DNA from: a virus
Lineage: Duplodnaviria > Caudoviricetes
IMG/VR virus record: IMGVR_UViG_3300032234_001062
Span: 13,060 to 77,059 of that record
Strand: one strand, 5' to 3'
Length of the DNA stretch: 64,000 nt
The notes beneath the pieces were generated by a model. It saw only the letters and a list, made by a program, of their open reading frames with translations, was not told the origin of the DNA and did not search any database. Positions within the stretch are counted from its first letter, which is position 1. Every line of letters begins with the position of its first letter. Shown piece after piece: positions 60,139 through 64,000 of the stretch. The position numbers were made by a program, and so were the translations under genes.

Positions 60139-61338
60139 TTATGTCCACTGTTTTTGTTTAAAATTATCTCCATAGATAACTTGACTTCCACTAGATGTTG
60201 TTTTTCCTTCTACATAATCGCGAGCAAAAGATGTCCAATCAGTCGCTGTATTAACTGGAACGTTTTGAAAAACAGCATTATAATACTCATTCTGTAATTT
60301 AAAATCGTGTGGTAATCCCATTAAATACATATGTTCACGAAGAGTTAAATAACGATCTTCACTTGGATGAATCATGTTAGGAGCTCTCATAGTTATAGCA
60401 TTATAAGCTTCTCCATTACGATAAAAATGAGGTGAAGAATTCCACCAACCTTTTCCTATTGAGATTTTATATTTAGCCCATTCAATATGCTTAATTTCTT
60501 TTTCATATTCTTTTTTATCTTTATAAAATTCGATAAAATCATCTTGTAAACCTATTTCAAATAAATAATATTCTAAAGAAACTATTTTTTGTTTTTTAGA
60601 CTTAGAACTCATTACATCTCGCCAATTTGTTCCATACTTTTCTAAATAATATTTATAATAAACATTATCTTTAAGTTGTTCTTTCATAATAGAAAGAGAA
60701 TTTTCTGCTGTTGAACTATAATTAGCAAATTCACCCTCTAAATAGTCTTTAGGAGTTTTATGTGTTCTATTATACCAATTAAAATTAGGAGCGTGTTCTG
60801 AATCCCAGAAAAAGGCAAAAGATCTTTTACGATTCTGTGGCAAACCATGTAAAGTTGAACCTGTATAAACAAAAGATGTACTGTAACCATATTTTTTTCC
60901 TATATTAATTGCTTGTTCTCTTACCCACCTTCCAAAGTTTTGCATTAATCCTGGTGCATTTTCGAATATCATAACCTTAGGTCTAATATCTCTTAAAATC
61001 AATGAAGACGCTAAATACATCCATTTATTAGAACTATAATCATTTTCTTCATTAGCAGTATGATTACCAATAGTTGGATTTAATCTTGATAATCCAGCGC
61101 ATGGTGGTACAGCACTAACTATCATTGTATTTTTAAATAAATCATCTTTTAAAGAAAGATTATCTATATTTTCATTATCAAGTGTTCTAAATGGTACACC
61201 ATTATAATATTGTTTAAAATTTTCTTCATTAGTTTTAAAATCATTCCAAGAAATAGCCCAACTAGGAGCCTCTTCTAAAGCACGATGAGCTCCTATTGCC
61301 ATTCCACCAATTAATGGTATTATTACGCCATGTTTCAT
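60139..61338 (-). CDS. C5-cytosine DNA methyltransferase-like enzyme with atypical SAM-binding motifs
   Basis: 399 aa. Motifs IV PPC, VI FENAPGL, VIII PQNRKR and IX RYLTLRE...MGLPHDF are intact. Motif I reads IPLIGG and motif X reads QNVPV. Confidence 0.85.
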   Translation of the reverse strand: MKHGVIIPLIGGMAIGAHRALEEAPSWAISWNDFKTNEENFKQYYNGVPFRTLDNENIDNLSLKDDLFKNTMIVSAVPPCAGLSRLNPTIGNHTANEENDYSSNKWMYLASSLILRDIRPKVMIFENAPGLMQNFGRWVREQAINIGKKYGYSTSFVYTGSTLHGLPQNRKRSFAFFWDSEHAPNFNWYNRTHKTPKDYLEGEFANYSSTAENSLSIMKEQLKDNVYYKYYLEKYGTNWRDVMSSKSKKQKIVSLEYYLFEIGLQDDFIEFYKDKKEYEKEIKHIEWAKYKISIGKGWWNSSPHFYRNGEAYNAITMRAPNMIHPSEDRYLTLREHMYLMGLPHDFKLQNEYYNAVFQNVPVNTATDWTSFARDYVEGKTTSSGSQVIYGDNFKQKQWT

Positions 61339-62447
61339 TATAATATTTCCTCTATAGATAATTTTATTTCTTTTTCTGAAGAAATAACATATTTATCAAT
61401 TAATTTTTGTAAAAAATTTACATCCTTTAATTTATTAGAAATATCAAAAGAATCATCTATTAATAATTCATTTAAAATATTTTGATCTATAATTCCTTCT
61501 TTTGTATAAACAGAATTATGTATATAAGGTATAACTCCTCTAGTTAAAGCCTCCATAAATCTAGGTGAAAAAGCTTTTTTATCATATCCTGGTAATATTA
61601 CAGTATATTTTGATTTTTTTAAATAATTTATATAATCTTCTTTTGTGATATTAGTATAAATTTCTTTATATTTATCTTGAAGAAAAACATTACTATTAGG
61701 AAGAGAATAAAAAGTATCATATAATTTTTGTATATATTTTCTATCTGGAGTTAGACATGTAAAACCTATACACCAATCATATTTTTTCTCTTCATTAATT
61801 TCTAAATGATCTGTATGATAAATTTTAAGAAAAGGATGACCTTTAGTTTTGAATAATTGAGAATCATAAATAAAAAATCTACGATAATCTACTCCATTCA
61901 TTAATTCTACATCACTATGATTACTTTCTTGTGGATCATGAAGAAAATGATTCCAAGGTATATTCATAGTGCTAACAAAAGCATAATGATTTAAAAATTT
62001 TCTAATCATTTTTTGAGCACTAATAAAATTAATTAGTTTATTTTCTTTTATTGTTTTATTTAAATTTTTAGGTTTACGAAATTTAAAAGCTGAAGTCATA
62101 ATACCAAATATTTCAACAAAAGAAACAGCATTAATAGAATTTTTTAATTCAGTATATCCATTTTTACTTTCATCAATAAAACCTTGCCAAGTTTGTATTT
62201 CTTTTTTTTGATTCATTATTAAAATATCAAAAATATTATTCAAATAATCATCATGTCTTGTTACGTGATTTTGATTTTCAAAATCTGTTAATAATGCTAA
62301 ATTATAACGATCTTTAAATTTAGTTAACCAATAAGTATAAGTAATATATGAATGTTTAGATGCATTTCTTAAATTAAGCGGTGACCCAAAACCAACTACA
62401 ATAGTTGGTTTTTTTTCATCATATGTATTTTTTTTTACTGTTTTCAT
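61338..62447 (-). CDS. GT-B glycosyltransferase, T4 beta-glucosyltransferase-like C-terminal half
   Basis: 369 aa. KKYDW.IGF....R...Y.NYLKKSKYTVILPGYD..FSPRFMEAL..GVIP parallels the BGT KYD...R...ITLRVWE region (judged by eye). Confidence 0.65.
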   Translation of the reverse strand: MKTVKKNTYDEKKPTIVVGFGSPLNLRNASKHSYITYTYWLTKFKDRYNLALLTDFENQNHVTRHDDYLNNIFDILIMNQKKEIQTWQGFIDESKNGYTELKNSINAVSFVEIFGIMTSAFKFRKPKNLNKTIKENKLINFISAQKMIRKFLNHYAFVSTMNIPWNHFLHDPQESNHSDVELMNGVDYRRFFIYDSQLFKTKGHPFLKIYHTDHLEINEEKKYDWCIGFTCLTPDRKYIQKLYDTFYSLPNSNVFLQDKYKEIYTNITKEDYINYLKKSKYTVILPGYDKKAFSPRFMEALTRGVIPYIHNSVYTKEGIIDQNILNELLIDDSFDISNKLKDVNFLQKLIDKYVISSEKEIKLSIEEIL

Positions 62448-63436
62448 TAATCTTCCTTATTAAATTGTTTTTTAATCCAATTATAAGTTTCTTTCATTCC
62501 TGTTTCTAATGGAACACTAGGCTCCCAATCAATTAATTTTTTTATTAAAGTATTATCACTATTTCTACTTTTAACTCCTTGAGGAGCATCTAATTTATAT
62601 TGATAAGTAGATTCAGTAATTTGTGTTTTAGAGATTTTCATAACTAAATCATGTAAATATTTAATTGTAACTCCTTGATTAGAACCTAAATTAATTGGAC
62701 CTTGAATTTTATTATTCACTAATTTATGTATTCCAGTAATAGCATCTTCTATATACATAAAAGATCTTCTTTGATTTCCATCTCCCCAAATTTCTATGTT
62801 ATCTTTTTTATTATTAATATATTCTAAAACTTTTCTAATTGAAGCTGCTGGTGCTTTTTCTCTTCCATCTTTCCATGATCCATGTGGACCATATACATTA
62901 TGAAAACGAGCAATTGTAACAGGAACACCAAATTCTTTATTTAAGTAACGATAAAGTTCTTCACAGTATAGTTTATTTAGACCATAAAGTAAATCTGGAT
63001 GTGCTGGCCAAGCGTCTCCTTCTTTTAACATAATATCCTTAGAATCATCACTTTGAAGAAAATCATTATAAACACAAGCTGATGAAGAATAAAATACATG
63101 TGGCTTATTTCCACTTTTTAAAATACTTTCAATTAAATTAATATGAATCTTTCCTGATAAACCAGTCATTAGATGATTATTTTCACAATACCCAATTCCA
63201 CCCATGTCCTCAGCAAGATTATAAATAATATTAACGCCTTGAGTTACTGAATCAGTAATTTGAGGATTATTCATATCTCCTTTTTTACCGTGATAATTAT
63301 CAGCCTTTTTAAATCTTTGATACCATTCATTTTTAGATTTTTTATCATAAGCTTTAACTTCATAACCTAAATCTAAACAACTCTTTACAAGATGTCCACC
63401 AATAAATCCACCCGCTCCAGTAATTGATACTTTCAT
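62447..63436 (-). CDS. GDP-mannose 3,5-epimerase-like NAD-dependent epimerase
   Basis: 329 aa. GAGGFIG, NLAEDMGGIG, SSSACVY, AWPA, YGLNK, RFHNVYGP.G.W..GREKAPAA, WGDG.Q.RSF and RNSDN all match the GME family. Confidence 0.9.
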   Translation of the reverse strand: MKVSITGAGGFIGGHLVKSCLDLGYEVKAYDKKSKNEWYQRFKKADNYHGKKGDMNNPQITDSVTQGVNIIYNLAEDMGGIGYCENNHLMTGLSGKIHINLIESILKSGNKPHVFYSSSACVYNDFLQSDDSKDIMLKEGDAWPAHPDLLYGLNKLYCEELYRYLNKEFGVPVTIARFHNVYGPHGSWKDGREKAPAASIRKVLEYINNKKDNIEIWGDGNQRRSFMYIEDAITGIHKLVNNKIQGPINLGSNQGVTIKYLHDLVMKISKTQITESTYQYKLDAPQGVKSRNSDNTLIKKLIDWEPSVPLETGMKETYNWIKKQFNKED

Positions 63437-63445
63437 TTTTTCTCC

Positions 63446-63601
63446 TTATGTTTCATAAAAACCATCGCTATGTTTTATTATATTCTTCTTTTTAGAGTTA
63501 TGTTTATCTTCTTCATCTAACAATAATAAAAATTCGTCATCTGAAATTTTTTCTTCTTTTAATAACTTTATTAATAATTTTTTTTTATCTTTATTTTTCA
63601 A
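63446..63601 (-). CDS. Small SHOCT-like protein, paralogue of the upstream gene (not in the ORF track)
   Basis: TTG 63601 to TAA 63446, 51 aa: MKNKDKKKLLIKLLKEEKISDDEFLLLLDEED...; GAGG upstream. Confidence 0.6.
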   Translation of the reverse strand: MKNKDKKKLLIKLLKEEKISDDEFLLLLDEEDKHNSKKKNIIKHSDGFYET

Positions 63602-63893
63602 ATTTTGGAGCCTCTGGATCAAAAAAAGCCTTATATAAATGATTACTTACAGTTGTTCTTGGATCGCTATTTGAATAAGTAGTCGTATTTTTTAAAGGAT
63701 TAGTACCAGTACTGTAAGAACTAGGATAATATACATGAAAATTTGGATCAGGAGTACTAGTAGTTATAGTATAAGGATAATTATTAGTATTTATATTACT
63801 TGGTGTTTCTTCAAATAAGATAATAAACTCATCAGCTGATATTAAATCTTCTTTATATAATCTTAAAAGTATTTTTGCTTTTTCTTTATTCAT
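63591..63893 (-). CDS. SHOCT-like N-terminus followed by a Thr/Ser/Asn/Pro-rich low-complexity region
   Basis: ATG 63893 (MNKEKAKILLRLYKEDLISADEF) overlaps the upstream stop (ATGAATAA) and is preferred over 63923. Confidence 0.7.
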   Translation of the reverse strand: MNKEKAKILLRLYKEDLISADEFIILFEETPSNINTNNYPYTITTSTPDPNFHVYYPSSYSTGTNPLKNTTTYSNSDPRTTVSNHLYKAFFDPEAPKFEK

Positions 63894-64000
63894 GTTTTTG
63901 CATCTCACTATAATAAATTTCATATTTTAATTTTGTAATTTGAGGTAATAAATCATAAATAGATTGACTCTTTAATTTGATTGTATTTTCATATCCCCAA
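63886..64000 (-). CDS. 3' end of a hypothetical protein entering from the right edge
   Basis: Open frame ...WGYENTIKLKSQSIYDLLPQITKLKYEIYYSEMQKHE* ending at 63886, coupled to the next ATG. Confidence 0.6.
   Translation of the reverse strand, partial: WGYENTIKLKSQSIYDLLPQITKLKYEIYYSEMQKHE

Larger units (their letters stand above)
1..64000. other. Fragment of a large (jumbo-type) myovirus genome with distant T4-like structural genes
   Basis: Portal, TerL, baseplate wedge/hub/spike, tape measure, ligase and exonuclease are all present at very high coding density, with no host housekeeping genes. 'Jumbo' is inferred from gene sizes and the dispersed gene order. Confidence 0.9.

Noticed and set aside
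1-64000. Stop-codon reassignment (TAG appears rare as a stop)
   Set aside because: Large genes such as the portal, TerL and the 2339-aa protein are intact under the standard code; TGA is used as a stop repeatedly and TAG at 40899-40901. Rarity fits AT bias.
1-64000. tRNA, rRNA or structured ncRNA genes
   Set aside because: Intergenic gaps are short and almost pure A/T, with no T-loop or cloverleaf pattern seen by eye. tRNAscan-SE and Infernal were not run.

Overview
This window is a 64 kb fragment of a very AT-rich (roughly 20-25% GC by eye, not computed), tightly packed genome of a large myovirus-type phage with distant T4-like morphogenesis genes. I found no host housekeeping operons, rRNA, tRNA, CRISPR array or integrase. 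Layout: (i) 1-26713, minus strand: receptor-binding and tail-fibre paralogues (beta-propeller, RCC1 and Ig modules), a GT9-like glycosyltransferase, a 2339-aa virion protein and baseplate wedge genes (gp7-, gp6/J- and gp25-like). (ii) 26913-46917, mostly plus strand: portal with a 5 x 66-bp repeat tail, gp2-like protein, hub, tape measure, tube initiator, gp53-like, spike and a 2012-aa repeat protein. (iii) 46914-57934: NAD-dependent ligase, 5'-3' exonuclease, two gp26-like genes, a sigma-like factor, probable TerS and TerL. (iv) 57931-64000, minus strand accessory block: two tandem pyruvoyl AdoMet-decarboxylase homologues, a signal-peptide DUF1524/HNH nuclease, a C5-cytosine methyltransferase-like enzyme with intact catalytic but altered SAM-binding motifs, a T4 beta-glucosyltransferase-like GT-B enzyme and a GDP-mannose 3,5-epimerase. 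The best candidate for an undescribed system is block (iv), possibly a DNA hypermodification pathway using an L-sugar and a non-standard C5 step. Also notable are a TAAAAATA-N-ATTAT-ATG element that suggests leaderless late transcripts, and a C-terminal module shared by four tail proteins. All family assignments come from motif recognition by eye; no database search was run.
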